Shown piece after piece: positions 13,867 through 27,944 of a stretch of 64,000 nucleotides of DNA (positions are counted from its first letter, which is position 1; each line of letters begins with the position of its first letter). The notes under the pieces are model-generated. The model did not search any database. It was not told the DNA's origin and saw only the letters and a program-made list of their open reading frames with translations. The position numbers were made by a program, and so were the translations under genes. This DNA comes from Octopus vulgaris. Lineage: Eukaryota. The stretch spans positions 58,094,001-58,158,000 of the forward strand of contig OX597825.1 in the NCBI GenBank assembly GCA_951406725.2, given 5' to 3'.

Positions 13867-14245
13867 ACTCACTCACATACACACGCACACATAGGCGCAG
13901 GTGTGGGTGTGGGGTAAGACATTTGCTTCCCAACCACGTGGTTTTAGGTTCAGTCCACTGCGTGGCACCTTGGACATGGGTCTTCTACTATAGCCCCGGG
14001 TCGATGAAAGCCATATGAGTGGACTTGGTAGACGGAAACTAAAAGAAGCCTGTAGTGTATATATATATATATTGGTGTGGTGCAGCGTTATCATCTTTTT
14101 TTTATTTTTGTTTAAGCACGATACTTATTTTATCGGGCCTCTTTCGCCGAACCGGTAAGTTACGGAGACATAAACATACCAATACGGGTTGTCAAGCGGC
14201 GGCTGAGGACAAACGGACTTTAAAAATCTCACACACATACATACA

Positions 14246-14282
<37 letters not shown>

Positions 14283-15039
14283 ACTTACACACGCGTGCAC
14301 GCGCACACGCACGTACAAACACACACACACACACACATGCACACGCTCACACACATATATATAAGCGCAGACGTGGGTGTGTGGTAAGAAGTTTCCTTCC
14401 AAAGCATATGGTACCAGGGTCAGTCTCATTGCATGGCACCTTGAACAAGTGTCTCCTATAACCGCGGGCCGATCAAAGCATGGTGAGTGAATTTAGTAGG
14501 CGAAATCTGAAAAAAAACCCCGTTGTATATGTATATGTGTATGTCTGTATGTATGTGTGTGCGCTGGCGCACGCGTGTGTGTGTCTTTGTGTCTCTGTTT
14601 GTCCCCAACTACCGCTTAAGAACTAGTTTTGGTGTGTTTACGTCCCCTTAATTTAGCGGTTCCGCAACAGAAACCGACAGAATAAGTACCTGGCTTAGCA
14701 AAAAATGAGTACTGGGGTGGATTCATCCGACTATAAATTCTTGAAGGCGGAGCCCCAACATGACTGCAGTCATGCAAGTACATGATAAAAAAAGCGATAC
14801 GACAGACTTCTTTGTGTTTCCGTCCAGTAAATCCACTCACAAGACTTTGGTGTGCACAAGGTTATAGCAGAAGAAACTTGCCCAAGACGCCACACAGTAA
14901 GGCTGAGCCCGGAACCATGTAGTTGGGAAACAGGCTTCTTACAACAAAACCACCCCTGCGCCTTAATATAAAAATTAATTGCTTTAAAACATGTTAAAAT
15001 AAATCATTGATTTAATATAGTATTAATATGATTATTTGA

Positions 15040-15300
15040 CGTGGAGGCGCGTGGCTTAGTGGTTAGGGTGTCAGTACCATGATCGTACGATTGTGGTTTC
15101 GATTCCTGGACCGGGCGACGCGTTGTGTTCTTGAGCAAAACATTTCATTTCACGTTTCTCCAGTCAACTCAGCTGGCAAAAATGAGTAAAGGTGCGATGG
15201 ACTGGCGTCCCGTCCAGCTGGGGAACACATACGCCATAGAAACCGGGTAACCGGGCCCATGAACCTGGCTAGGCTTTCAAAAGATCGCATTTATTTATTT
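15040..15300 (+). mobile_element. tRNA-derived SINE with 13-bp target-site duplication (present in all five array copies)
   Basis: A box tggcttagtgg, B box gtttcgattcc, (TTTA)n tail. TSD tatgattatttga at 15027-15039 and 15301-15313. Confidence 0.85.
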
Positions 15301-15351
15301 TATGATTATTTGATACATTTATAGACATAATTATTCAATATAATATTTCAG

Positions 15352-15496
15352 AAAACATTGCCCTTGGCCGACCAGCTTTCCAGTCGTCTGATTTTGAAGT
15401 TAAATTCATGGATGGTCGCAAACTTTGCAGCTCCATGTATTTGGCCACAGCAGGTTTTGCTGTGGATGGCAAATACAACCAAAACTTCCAGCACAA
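15352..15496 (+). pseudogene. Truncated duplicate of the lectin exon (copy 1)
   Basis: Same acceptor and first 145 nt as 31994-32138, then the LINE junction. Native donor absent. Confidence 0.9.
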
Positions 15497-15515
15497 CCAA
15501 AACTTCCATACACAC

Positions 15516-15665
15516 ATCATCATTCATCATCATTGTTCGACCGTGGTCGAGACAATGGAATTTACCATGTTGCGCCAGACTTCACGGTCCATCATAGCAT
15601 TACGGAGGTCCTGTTGCTGGATGCCTGTATCCCTGGAGATTACATCTGGGTAGGAGAGTGTGCGC
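15516..15665 (-). mobile_element. 3' terminal LINE fragment (RTE-like), repeated at ~19665-19814, ~23812-23960 and ~27964-28113
   Basis: Minus strand reads RTLSYPDVISRDTGIQQQDLRNAMMDREVWRNMVNSIVSTTVEQ* (DRxxWR ORF C-terminus), followed directly by an (ATG)n tail. Confidence 0.8.
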
Positions 15666-16561
15666 CACACACATGCATACATATATGCATATATACGACG
15701 GGCTTCTCTCAGTTTCCGTCTACCAAATCCACTCACAGAGCTTTGGTTGGCCCGAGGCTATAGTAGAAGACACTTGCCCAAGGTCCCACTTTTCTTGGAT
15801 GACTGCACATCCTAAGGATCTTCGCCATTTACATGAATATTTGAACATTTCAGTATAACTTCGAACGAGTGATGTTCTTTGCAAGCTACTTTTACTATAA
15901 ACTGCTAGTCAGGGTGGAGACCCAATGTGATCTTTCGGCTAGTCAGAAATAATAGCCAAATCTCCTTGAATCACTTACTCGTGGTAAAGAAAGGACACAC
16001 TGGATATTTGGATAATCAAAAAAAAAAAACATGGAAGACCCGAAGGTCAATATTCGAATACTTTTGATTATCGATATGCTCAATCAAATGATGTGGAGGG
16101 ATAGTTAAACATTATTGTCATCATCATAATCATCATCATCATTATCATCAGTTTGGGCAACGTCAAAACATTGCTTTAATACCTCACGTTTCAAAAATAT
16201 TGGGCTAACTTTGCAGGAAGGGAAAATTACGCTCCACTGCAAATGCATGACCATATCGTTCGAGTGAATTTTATTTAAAAAAATACATATTTCACTTCTC
16301 TAGCGGATGACAATTCGCATTCAATATAATCGTAAGGATAAAGTATCGTTAAAATTTTTTGATATTGTGCTGCTGGTATAGTCGAGAATTTACAATAGGC
16401 GCAGGCGCCGCTGTGTGGTAAAAAACTCACTTTCCAGCCACATGGATCTGGGTTCAGTTCCAGTGCGTGGCACTTCGAGCAAGTGTTTTGTACTGTAGCC
16501 CCGCACTGACCAACGCCTTTTGAGTGGATTTGGTAGAAGGAAACTGAAAGAAACCCGTCGA

Positions 16562-16592
<31 letters not shown>

Positions 16593-17830
16593 TGTGTCTG
16601 TGGGTTTGTCTCTGTGCTCCCTGTCACGGCAAAAAGGGACTGATAGAATTGGTACCAGGCTTTAAAAAAACATCTATTGGTTTCGATTCATGCGACTAAA
16701 AATTTATCAAGATAGTGCGCCTGCTTAGCAACAGTCTAATGACTGAAAGAAGTAAAAATATATATATAATCATATTAATATTAATTAAATTATTAGGCGG
16801 CGAGCTAGCACGCCGGGCGAAATGCTTAGCAATATTTCGTCTGTCTTTACGTTCTGAGTGCAAATTCCGCCGAAGTTCAAATCCCTTTCGGGGTCGATTA
16901 AATAAGTACCAGTTACGCATTGGGGTCGATAGAATTGGTACCAGGCTTTAATCCGTTTGTCTGTCCTTGTTTGTCCCCTCTGTGTGTAGCCCCTTGTGGG
17001 CTGTAAAGAAATAAGAAACCTTAGCACTCCAGGCAAAATGCTTATTGGTATTTCGCCTTTCTTTTTGTTCTGAATTCAAATTCCGCTCAGTTGCGTACAG
17101 AGGTCAATCTAATCGACTGGCCCCCTCTCCAAAAATTTCGGTCCTTGTTCCTAGAGTAGAAAACAATATTAGATTATTTTGACATCAAATTTTTTTTTAT
17201 ATTGTTTCATTTCCTAAGCAAGTCACAGAAATAGCTGCACACCAACCCAAAAAAGAATTTTGCTGACCCACTTTTTCTTAAATTCTTTAGAATGATGAGG
17301 TTAATATTTAGATTGAATGTCTAGTCGGTGTCTGCAAGAAAAACATGAGTGGGATGAAGTTTTCACAAGATTCAAGAAGAAAGTGTACGTTTGTAAGCCA
17401 GCTATTGTATGTAGTGCGTTTGTGACTCATTGTCTGCCAGTCAAATGGGATGATGTAAAAATACCGTCTTATTTAAGTGACCAAGTACACCAGTGTCGGT
17501 CTTAGGTAACTTTCATTGAGAGATTCAGCAACTGATAAAGTCGAAGACACGATAAAGATAATGAGAGAGTGAAAAAAGGACCCATAGAAGAACATATGGC
17601 CAGATAGCTTGTTAATTCATAGATGCTGTAAGCGTTTACAGGAGCAGAAAATATAACAAATAAGACAGTAATAGTTTAATTGTTGCTCCACATTGGTGTG
17701 GTGCACTGTGTTCGGTTATCTTTTGTCTTTTGTATTTTACTTGTTTCAATCATTAGACTGCGGCCATGCTGGTGCTCCGCCTTAAAGAATTTTGCTTTTC
17801 TTAGTCGAATGAATCGACCCAGTACTTATT

Positions 17831-17865
<35 letters not shown>

Positions 17866-17987
17866 TTTTTTGTTAAGCCTGATTCTTATTTTATCGGGCT
17901 GTTTTACCGAACTGCTAAGTTGTGGAGACATAAACACATCGACACCGGTTGTTAAGCAGTGGTCGCGGACAAACACGAAGACACAAA

Positions 17988-18030
<43 letters not shown>

Positions 18031-18411
18031 ACTCACTCACATACACACGCACACATAGGCGCAGGTGTGGGTGTGGGGTAAGACATTTGCTTCCCAACCA
18101 CGTGGTTTTAGGTTCAGTCCCACTGCGTGGCACCTTGGACATGGGTCTTCTACTATAGCCCCGGGTCGATGAAAGCCATATGAGTGGACTTGGTAGACGG
18201 AAACTAAAAGAAGCCTGTAGTGTATATATATATATATTGGTGTGGTGCAGCGTTATCATCTTTTTTTTATTTTTGTTTAAGCACGATACTTATTTTATCG
18301 GCCTCTTTCGCCGAACCGGTAAGTTACGGAGACATAAACATACCAATACGGGTTGTCAAGCGGCGGCTGAGGACAAACGGACTTTAAAAATCTCACACAC
18401 ATACATACACT

Positions 18412-18444
<33 letters not shown>

Positions 18445-19500
18445 ACTTACACACGCATGCACGCGCACACGCACGTACAAACACACACACACACACATGC
18501 ACACGCTCACACACATATATATAAGCGCAGACGTGGGTGTGTGGTAAGAAGTTTCCTTCCAAAGCATATGGTACCAGGGTCAGTCTCATTGCATGGCACC
18601 TTGAACAAGTGTCTTCTATAACCGCGGGCCGATCAAAGCATGGTGAGTGAATTTAGTAGGCGAAATCTGAAAAAGAAAAACCCGTTGTATATGTATATGT
18701 ATGTGTGTGCGCTGGCGCACGCGTGTGTGTGTCTTTGTGTCTCTGTTTGTCCCCAACTACCGCTTAAGAACTAGTTTTGGTGTGTTTACGTCCCCTTAAT
18801 TTAGCGGTTCCGCAACAGAAACCGACAGAATAAGTACCTGGCTTAGCAAAAAATGAGTACTGGGGTGGATTCATCCGACTATAAATTCTTGAAGGCGGAG
18901 CCCCAACATGACTGCAGTCATGCAAGTACATGATAAAAAAAAGCGATACGACAGACTTCTTTGTGTTTCCGTCCAGTAAATCCACTCACAAGACTTTGGT
19001 GTGCACAAGGTTATAGCAGAAGAAACTTGCCCAAGACGCCACACAGTAAGGCTGAGCCCGGAACCATGTAGTTGGGAAACAGGCTTCTTACAACAAAACC
19101 ACCCCTGCGCCTTAATATAAAAATTAATTGCTTTAAAACATGTTAAAATAAATCATTGATTTAATATAGTATTAATATGATTATTTGACGTGGAGGCGCG
19201 TGGCTTAGTGGTTAGGGTGTCAGTACCATGATCGTACGATTGTGGTTTCGATTCCTGGACCGGGCGACGCGTTGTGTTCTTGAGCAAAACATTTCATTTC
19301 ACGTTTCTCCAGTCAACTCAGCTGGCAAAAATGAGTAAAGGTGCGATGGACTGGCGTCCCGTCCAGCTGGGGAACACATACGCCATAGAAACCGGGTAAC
19401 CGGGCCCATGAACCTGGCTAGGCTTTCAAAAGATCGCATTTATTTATTTTATGATTATTTGATACATTTATAGACATAATTATTCAATATAATATTTCAG

Positions 19501-19645
19501 AAAACATTGCCCTTGGCCGACCAGCTTTCCAGTCGTCTGATTTTGAAGTTAAATTCATGGATGGTCGCAAACTTTGCAGCTCCATGTATTTGGCCACAGC
19601 AGGTTTTGCTGTGGATGGCAAATACAACCTAAACTTCCAGCACAA
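19501..19645 (+). pseudogene. Truncated duplicate of the lectin exon (copy 2)
   Basis: As copy 1, with a CAA>CTA (Q>L) variant. Confidence 0.9.
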
Positions 19646-22119
19646 CCAAAACTTCCATACACACATCATCATTCATCATCATTGTTCGACCGTGGTCGAG
19701 ACAATGGAATTTACCATGTTGCGCCAGACTTCACGGTCCATCATAGCATTACGGAGGTCCTGTTGCTGGATGCCTGTATCCCTGGAGATTACATCTGGGT
19801 AGGAGAGTGTGCGCCACACACATGCATACATATATGCATATATACGACGGGCTTCTCTCAGTTTCCGTCTACCAAATCCACTCACAGAGCTTTGGTTGGC
19901 CCGAGGCTATAGTAGAAGACACTTGCCCAAGGTCCCACTTTTCTTGGATGACTGCACATCCTAAGGATCTTCGCCATTTACATGAATATTTGAACATTTC
20001 AGTATAACTTCGAACGAGTGATGTTCTTTGCAAGCTACTTTTACTATAAACTGCTAGTCAGGGTGGAGACCCAATGTGATCTTTCGGCTAGTCAGAAATA
20101 ATAGCCAAATCTCCTTGAATCACTTACTCGTGGTAAAGAAAGGACACACTGGATATTTGGATAATCAAAAAAAAAAACATGGAAGACCCGAAGGTCAATA
20201 TTCGAATACTTTTGATTATCGATATGCTCAATCAAATGATGTGGAGGGATAGTTAAACATTATTGTCATCATCATAATCATCATCATCATTATCATCAGT
20301 TTGGGCAACGTCAAAACATTGCTTTAATACCTCACGTTTCAAAAATATTGGGCTAACTTTGCAGGAAGGGAAAATTACGCTCCACTGCAAATGCATGACC
20401 ATATCGTTCGAGTGAATTTTATTTTAAAAAATACATATTTCACTTCTCTAGCGGATGACAATTCGCATTCAATATAATCGTAAGGATAAAGTATCGTTAA
20501 AATTTTTTGATATTGTGCTGCTGGTATAGTCGAGAATTTACAATAGGCGCAGGCGCCGCTGTGTGGTAAAAAACTCACTTTCCAGCCACATGGATCTGGG
20601 TTCAGTTCCAGTGCGTGGCACTTCGAGCAAGTGTTTTGTACTGTAGCCCCGCACTGACCAACGCCTTTTGAGTGGATTTGGTAGAAGGAAACTGAAAGAA
20701 ACCCGTCGAATATATATATATATATATATATATCAGTGTGTCTGTGGGTTTGTCTCTGTGCTCCCTGTCACGGCAAAAAGGGACTGATAGAATTGGTACC
20801 AGGCTTTAAAAAAACATCTATTGGTTTCGATTCATGCGACTAAAAATTTATCAAGATAGTGCGCCTGCTTAGCAACAGTCTAATGACTGAAAGAAGTAAA
20901 AATATATATATAATCATATTAATATTAATTAAATTATTAGGCGGCGAGCTAGCACGCCGGGCGAAATGCTTAGCAATATTTCGTCTGTCTTTACGTTCTG
21001 AGTGCAAATTCCGCCGAAGTTCAAATCCCTTTCGGGGTCGATTAAATAAGTACCAGTTACGCATTGGGGTCGATAGAATTGGTACCAGGCTTTAATCCGT
21101 TTGTCTGTCCTTGTTTGTCCCCTCTGTGTGTAGCCCCTTGTGGGCTGTAAAGAAATAAGAAACCTTAGCACTCCAGGCAAAATGCTTATTGGTATTTCGC
21201 CTGTCTTTTTGTTCTGAATTCAAATTCCGCTCAGTTGCGTACAGAGGTCAATCTAATCGACTGGCCCCCTCTCCAAAAATTTCGGTCCTTGTTCCTAGAG
21301 TAGAAAACAATATTAGATTATTTTGACATCAAATTTTTTTTTTATATTGTTTCATTTCCTAAGCAAGTCACAGAAATAGCTGCACACCAACCCAAAAAGA
21401 ATTTTGCTGACCCACTTTTTCTTAAATTCTTTAGAATGATGAGGTTAATATTTAGATTGAATGTCTAGTCGGTGTCTGCAAGAAAAACATGAGTGGGATG
21501 AAGTTTTCACAAGATTCAAGAAGAAAGTGTACGTTTGTAAGCCAGCTATTGTATGTAGTGCGTTTGTGACTGATTGTCTGCCAGTCAAATGGGATGATGT
21601 AAAAATACCGTCTTATTTAAGTGACCAAGTACACCAGTGTCGGTCTTAGGTAACTTTCATTGAGAGATTCAGCAACTGATAAAGTCGAAGACACGATAAA
21701 GATAATGAGAGAGTGAAAAAAGGACCCATAGAAGAACATATGGCCAGATAGCTTGTTAATTCATAGATGCTGTAAGCGTTTACAGGAGCAGAAAATATAA
21801 CAAATAAGACAGTAATAGTTTAATTGTTGCTCCACATTGGTGTGGTGCACTGTGTTCGGTTATCTTTTGTCTTTTGTATTTTACTTGTTTCAATCATTAG
21901 ACTGCGGCCATGCTGGTGCTCCGCCTTAAAGAATTTTGCTTTTCTTAGTCGAATGAATCGACCCAGTACTTATTTTATTTATTTATTTATTTATTTATTT
22001 TTTGTTAAGCCTGATTCTTATTTTATCGGGCTGTTTTACCGAACTGCTAAGTTGTGGAGACATAAACACATCGACACCGGTTGTTAAGCAGTGGTCGCGG
22101 ACAAACACGAAGACACAAA

Positions 22120-22170
<51 letters not shown>

Positions 22171-22549
22171 ACTCACTCACATACACACGCACACATAGGC
22201 GCAGGTGTGGGTGTGGGGTAAGACATTTGCTTCCCAACCACGTGGTTTTAGGTTCAGTCCCACTGCGTGGCACCTTGGACATGGGTCTTCTACTATAGCC
22301 CCGGGTCGATGAAAGCCATATGAGTGGACTTGGTAGACGGAAACTAAAAGAAGCCTGTAGTGTATATATATATATATTGGTGTGGTGCAGCGTTATCATC
22401 TTTTTTTTATTTTTGTTTAAGCACGATACTTATTTTATCGGCCTCTTTCGCCGAACCGGTAAGTTACGGAGACATAAACATACCAATACGGGTTGTCAAG
22501 CGGCGGCTGAGGACAAACGGACTTTAAAAATCTCACACACATACATACA

Positions 22550-22590
<41 letters not shown>

Positions 22591-23647
22591 ACTTACACAC
22601 GCGTGCACGCGCACACGCACGTACAAACACACACACACACATGCACACGCTCACACACATATATATAAGCGCAGACGTGGGTGTGTGGTAAGAAGTTTCC
22701 TTCCAAAGCATATGGTACCAGGGTCAGTCTCATTGCATGGCACCTTGAACAAGTGTCTTCTATAACCGCGGGCCGATCAAAGCATGGTGAGTGAATTTAG
22801 TAGGCGAAATCTGAAAAAAGAAAAACCCGTTGTATATGTATATGTATGTGTGTGCGCTGGCGCACGCGTGTGTGTGTCTTTGTGTCTCTGTTTGTCCCCA
22901 ACTACCGCTTAAGAACTAGTTTTGGTGTGTTTACGTCCCCTTAATTTAGCGGTTCCGCAACAGAAACCGACAGAATAAGTACCTGGCTTAGCAAAAAATG
23001 AGTACTGGGGTGGATTCATCCGACTATAAATTCTTGAAGGCGGAGCCCCAACATGACTGCAGTCATGCAAGTACATGATAAAAAAAAAAGCGATACGACA
23101 GACTTCTTTGTGTTTCCGTCCAGTAAATCCACTCACAAGACTTTGGTGTGCACAAGGTTATAGCAGAAGAAACTTGCCCAAGACGCCACACAGTAAGGCT
23201 GAGCCCGGAACCATGTAGTTGGGAAACAGGCTTCTTACAACAAAACCACCCCTGCGCCTTAATATAAAAATTAATTGCTTTAAAACATGTTAAAATAAAT
23301 CATTGATTTAATATAGTATTAATATGATTATTTGACGTGGAGGCGCGTGGCTTAGTGGTTAGGGTGTCAGTACCATGATCGTACGATTGTGGTTTCGATT
23401 CCTGGACCGGGCGACGCGTTGTGTTCTTGAGCAAAACATTTCATTTCACGTTTCTCCAGTCAACTCAGCTGGCAAAAATGAGTAAAGGTGCGATGGACTG
23501 GCGTCCCGTCCAGCTGGGGAACACATACGCCATAGAAACCGGGTAACCGGGCCCATGAACCTGGCTAGGCTTTCAAAAGATCGCATTTATTTATTTTATG
23601 ATTATTTGATACATTTATAGACATAATTATTCAATATAATATTTCAG

Positions 23648-23792
23648 AAAACATTGCCCTTGGCCGACCAGCTTTCCAGTCGTCTGATTTTGAAGTTAAA
23701 TTCATGGATGGTCGCAAACTTTGCAGCTCCATGTATTTGGCCACAGCAGGTTTTGCTGTGGATGGCAAATACAACCTAAACTTCCAGCACAA
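23648..23792 (+). pseudogene. Truncated duplicate of the lectin exon (copy 3)
   Basis: As copy 2. Confidence 0.9.
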
Positions 23793-26123
23793 CCAAAACT
23801 TCCATACACACATCATCATTCATCATCATTGTTCGACCGTGGTCGAGACAATGGAATTTACCATGTTGCGCCAGACTTCACGGTCCATCATAGCATTACG
23901 GAGGTCCTGTTGCTGGATGCCTGTATCCCTGGAGATTACATCTGGGTAGGAGAGTGTGCGCACACACATGCATACATATATGCATATATACGACGGGCTT
24001 CTCTCAGTTTCCGTCTACCAAATCCACTCACAGAGCTTTGGTTGGCCCGAGGCTATAGTAGAAGACACTTGCCCAAGGTCCCACTTTTCTTGGATGACTG
24101 CACATCCTAAGGATCTTCGCCATTTACATGAATATTTGAACATTTCAGTATAACTTCGAACGAGTGATGTTCTTTGCAAGCTACTTTTACTATAAACTGC
24201 TAGTCAGGGTGGAGACCCAATGTGATCTTTCGGCTAGTCAGAAATAATAGCCAAATCTCCTTGAATCACTTACTCGTGGTAAAGAAAGGACACACTGGAT
24301 ATTTGGATAATCAAAAAAAAAAAACATGGAAGACCCGAAGGTCAATATTCGAATACTTTTGATTATCGATATGCTCAATCAAATGATGTGGAGGGATAGT
24401 TAAACATTATTGTCATCATCATAATCATCATCATCATTATCATCAGTTTGGGCAACGTCAAAACATTGCTTTAATACCTCACGTTTCAAAAATATTGGGC
24501 TAACTTTGCAGGAAGGGAAAATTACGCTCCACTGCAAATGCATGACCATATCGTTCGAGTGAATTTTATTTTAAAAAATACATATTTCACTTCTCTAGCG
24601 GATGACAATTCGCATTCAATATAATCGTAAGGATAAAGTATCGTTAAAATTTTTTGATATTGTGCTGCTGGTATAGTCGAGAATTTACAATAGGCGCAGG
24701 CGCCGCTGTGTGGTAAAAAACTCACTTTCCAGCCACATGGATCTGGGTTCAGTTCCAGTGCGTGGCACTTCGAGCAAGTGTTTTGTACTGTAGCCCCGCA
24801 CTGACCAACGCCTTTTGAGTGGATTTGGTAGAAGGAAACTGAAAGAAACCCGTCGAATATATATATATATATATATATATCAGTGTGTCTGTGGGTTTGT
24901 CTCTGTGCTCCCTGTCACGGCAAAAAGGGACTGATAGAATTGGTACCAGGCTTTAAAAAAACATCTATTGGTTTCGATTCATGCGACTAAAAATTTATCA
25001 AGATAGTGCGCCTGCTTAGCAACAGTCTAATGACTGAAAGAAGTAAAAATATATATATAATCATATTAATATTAATTAAATTATTAGGCGGCGAGCTAGC
25101 ACGCCGGGCGAAATGCTTAGCAATATTTCGTCTGTCTTTACGTTCTGAGTGCAAATTCCGCCGAAGTTCAAATCCCTTTCGGGGTCGATTAAATAAGTAC
25201 CAGTTACGCATTGGGGTCGATAGAATTGGTACCAGGCTTTAATCCGTTTGTCTGTCCTTGTTTGTCCCCTCTGTGTGTAGCCCCTTGTGGGCTGTAAAGA
25301 AATAAGAAACCTTAGCACTCCAGGCAAAATGCTTATTGGTATTTCGCCTGTCTTTTTGTTCTGAATTCAAATTCCGCTCAGTTGCGTACAGAGGTCAATC
25401 TAATCGACTGGCCCCCTCTCCAAAAATTTCGGTCCTTGTTCCTAGAGTAGAAAACAATATTAGATTATTTTGACATCAAATTTTTTTTTATATTGTTTCA
25501 TTTCCTAAGCAAGTCACAGAAATAGCTGCACACCAACCCAAAAAAGAATTTTGCTGACCCACTTTTTCTTAAATTCTTTAGAATGATGAGGTTAATATTT
25601 AGATTGAATGTCTAGTCGGTGTCTGCAAGAAAAACATGAGTGGGATGAAGTTTTCACAAGATTCAAGAAGAAAGTGTACGTTTGTAAGCCAGCTATTGTA
25701 TGTAGTGCGTTTGTGACTGATTGTCTGCCAGTCAAATGGGATGATGTAAAAAAATACCGTCTTATTTAAGTGACCAAGTACACCAGTGTCGGTCTTAGGT
25801 AACTTTCATTGAGAGATTCAGCAACTGATAAAGTCGAAGACACGATAAAGATAATGAGAGAGTGAAAAAAGGACCCATAGAAGAACATATGGCCAGATAG
25901 CTTGTTAATTCATAGATGCTGTAAGCGTTTACAGGAGCAGAAAATATAACAAATAAGACAGTAATAGTTTAATTGTTGCTCCACATTGGTGTGGTGCACT
26001 GTGTTCGGTTATCTTTTGTCTTTTGTATTTTACTTGTTTCAATCATTAGACTGCGGCCATGCTGGTGCTCCGCCTTAAAGAATTTTGCTTTTCTTAGTCG
26101 AATGAATCGACCCAGTACTTATT

Positions 26124-26154
<31 letters not shown>

Positions 26155-26276
26155 TTTTTTGTTAAGCCTGATTCTTATTTTATCGGGCTGTTTTACCGAA
26201 CTGCTAAGTTGTGGAGACATAAACACATCGACACCGGTTGTTAAGCAGTGGTCGCGGACAAACACGAAGACACAAA

Positions 26277-26325
<49 letters not shown>

Positions 26326-26704
26326 ACTCACTCACATACACACGCACACATAGGCGCAGGTGTGGGTGTGGGGTAAGACATTTGCTTCCCAACCACGTGG
26401 TTTTAGGTTCAGTCCCACTGCGTGGCACCTTGGACATGGGTCTTCTACTATAGCCCCGGGTCGATGAAAGCCATATGAGTGGACTTGGTAGACGGAAACT
26501 AAAAGAAGCCTGTAGTGTATATATATATATATTGGTGTGGTGCAGCGTTATCATCTTTTTTTTATTTTTGTTTAAGCACGATACTTATTTTATCGGCCTC
26601 TTTCGCCGAACCGGTAAGTTACGGAGACATAAACATACCAATACGGGTTGTCAAGCGGCGGCTGAGGACAAACGGACTTTAAAAATCTCACACACATACA
26701 TACA

Positions 26705-26743
<39 letters not shown>

Positions 26744-27798
26744 ACTTACACACGCGTGCACGCGCACACGCACGTACAAACACACACACACACATGCACA
26801 CGCTCACACACATATATATAAGCGCAGACGTGGGTGTGTGGTAAGAAGTTTCCTTCCAAAGCATATGGTACCAGGGTCAGTCTCATTGCATGGCACCTTG
26901 AACAAGTGTCTTCTATAACCGCGGGCCGATCAAAGCATGGTGAGTGAATTTAGTAGGCGAAATCTGAAAAAAGTAAAACCCGTTGTATATGTATATGTAT
27001 GTGTGTGCGCTGGCGCACGCGTGTGTGTGTCTTTGTGTCTCTGTTTGTCCCCAACTACCGCTTAAGAACTAGTTTTGGTGTGTTTACGTCCCCTTAATTT
27101 AGCGGTTCCGCAACAGAAACCGACAGAATAAGTACCTGGCTTAGCAAAAAATGAGTACTGGGGTGGATTCATCCGACTATAAATTCTTGAAGGCGGAGCC
27201 CCAACATGACTGCAGTCATGCAAGTACATGATAAAAAAAAGCGATACGACAGACTTCTTTGTGTTTCCGTCCAGTAAATCCACTCACAAGACTTTGGTGT
27301 GCACAAGGTTATAGCAGAAGAAACTTGCCCAAGACGCCACACAGTAAGGCTGAGCCCGGAACCATGTAGTTGGGAAACAGGCTTCTTACAACAAAACCAC
27401 CCCTGCGCCTTAATATAAAAATTAATTGCTTTAAAACATGTTAAAATAAATCATTGATTTAATATAGTATTAATATGATTATTTGACGTGGAGGCGCGTG
27501 GCTTAGTGGTTAGGGTGTCAGTACCATGATCGTACGATTGTGGTTTCGATTCCTGGACCGGGCGACGCGTTGTGTTCTTGAGCAAAACATTTCATTTCAC
27601 GTTTCTCCAGTCAACTCAGCTGGCAAAAATGAGTAAAGGTGCGATGGACTGGCGTCCCGTCCAGCTGGGGAACACATACGCCATAGAAACCGGGTAACCG
27701 GGCCCATGAACCTGGCTAGGCTTTCAAAAGATCGCATTTATTTATTTTATGATTATTTGATACATTTATAGACATAATTATTCAATATAATATTTCAG

Positions 27799-27944
27799 AA
27801 AACATTGCCCTTGGCCGACCAGCTTTCCAGTCGTCTGATTTTGAAGTTAAATTCATGGATGGTCGCAAACTTTGCAAGCTCCATGTATTTGGCCACAGCA
27901 GGTTTTGCTGTGGATGGCAAATACAACCAAAACTTCCAGCACAA
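27799..27944 (+). pseudogene. Truncated duplicate of the lectin exon (copy 4, +1 frameshift)
   Basis: As copy 1, but tttgcaagctcc has an extra A near 27877. Confidence 0.88.
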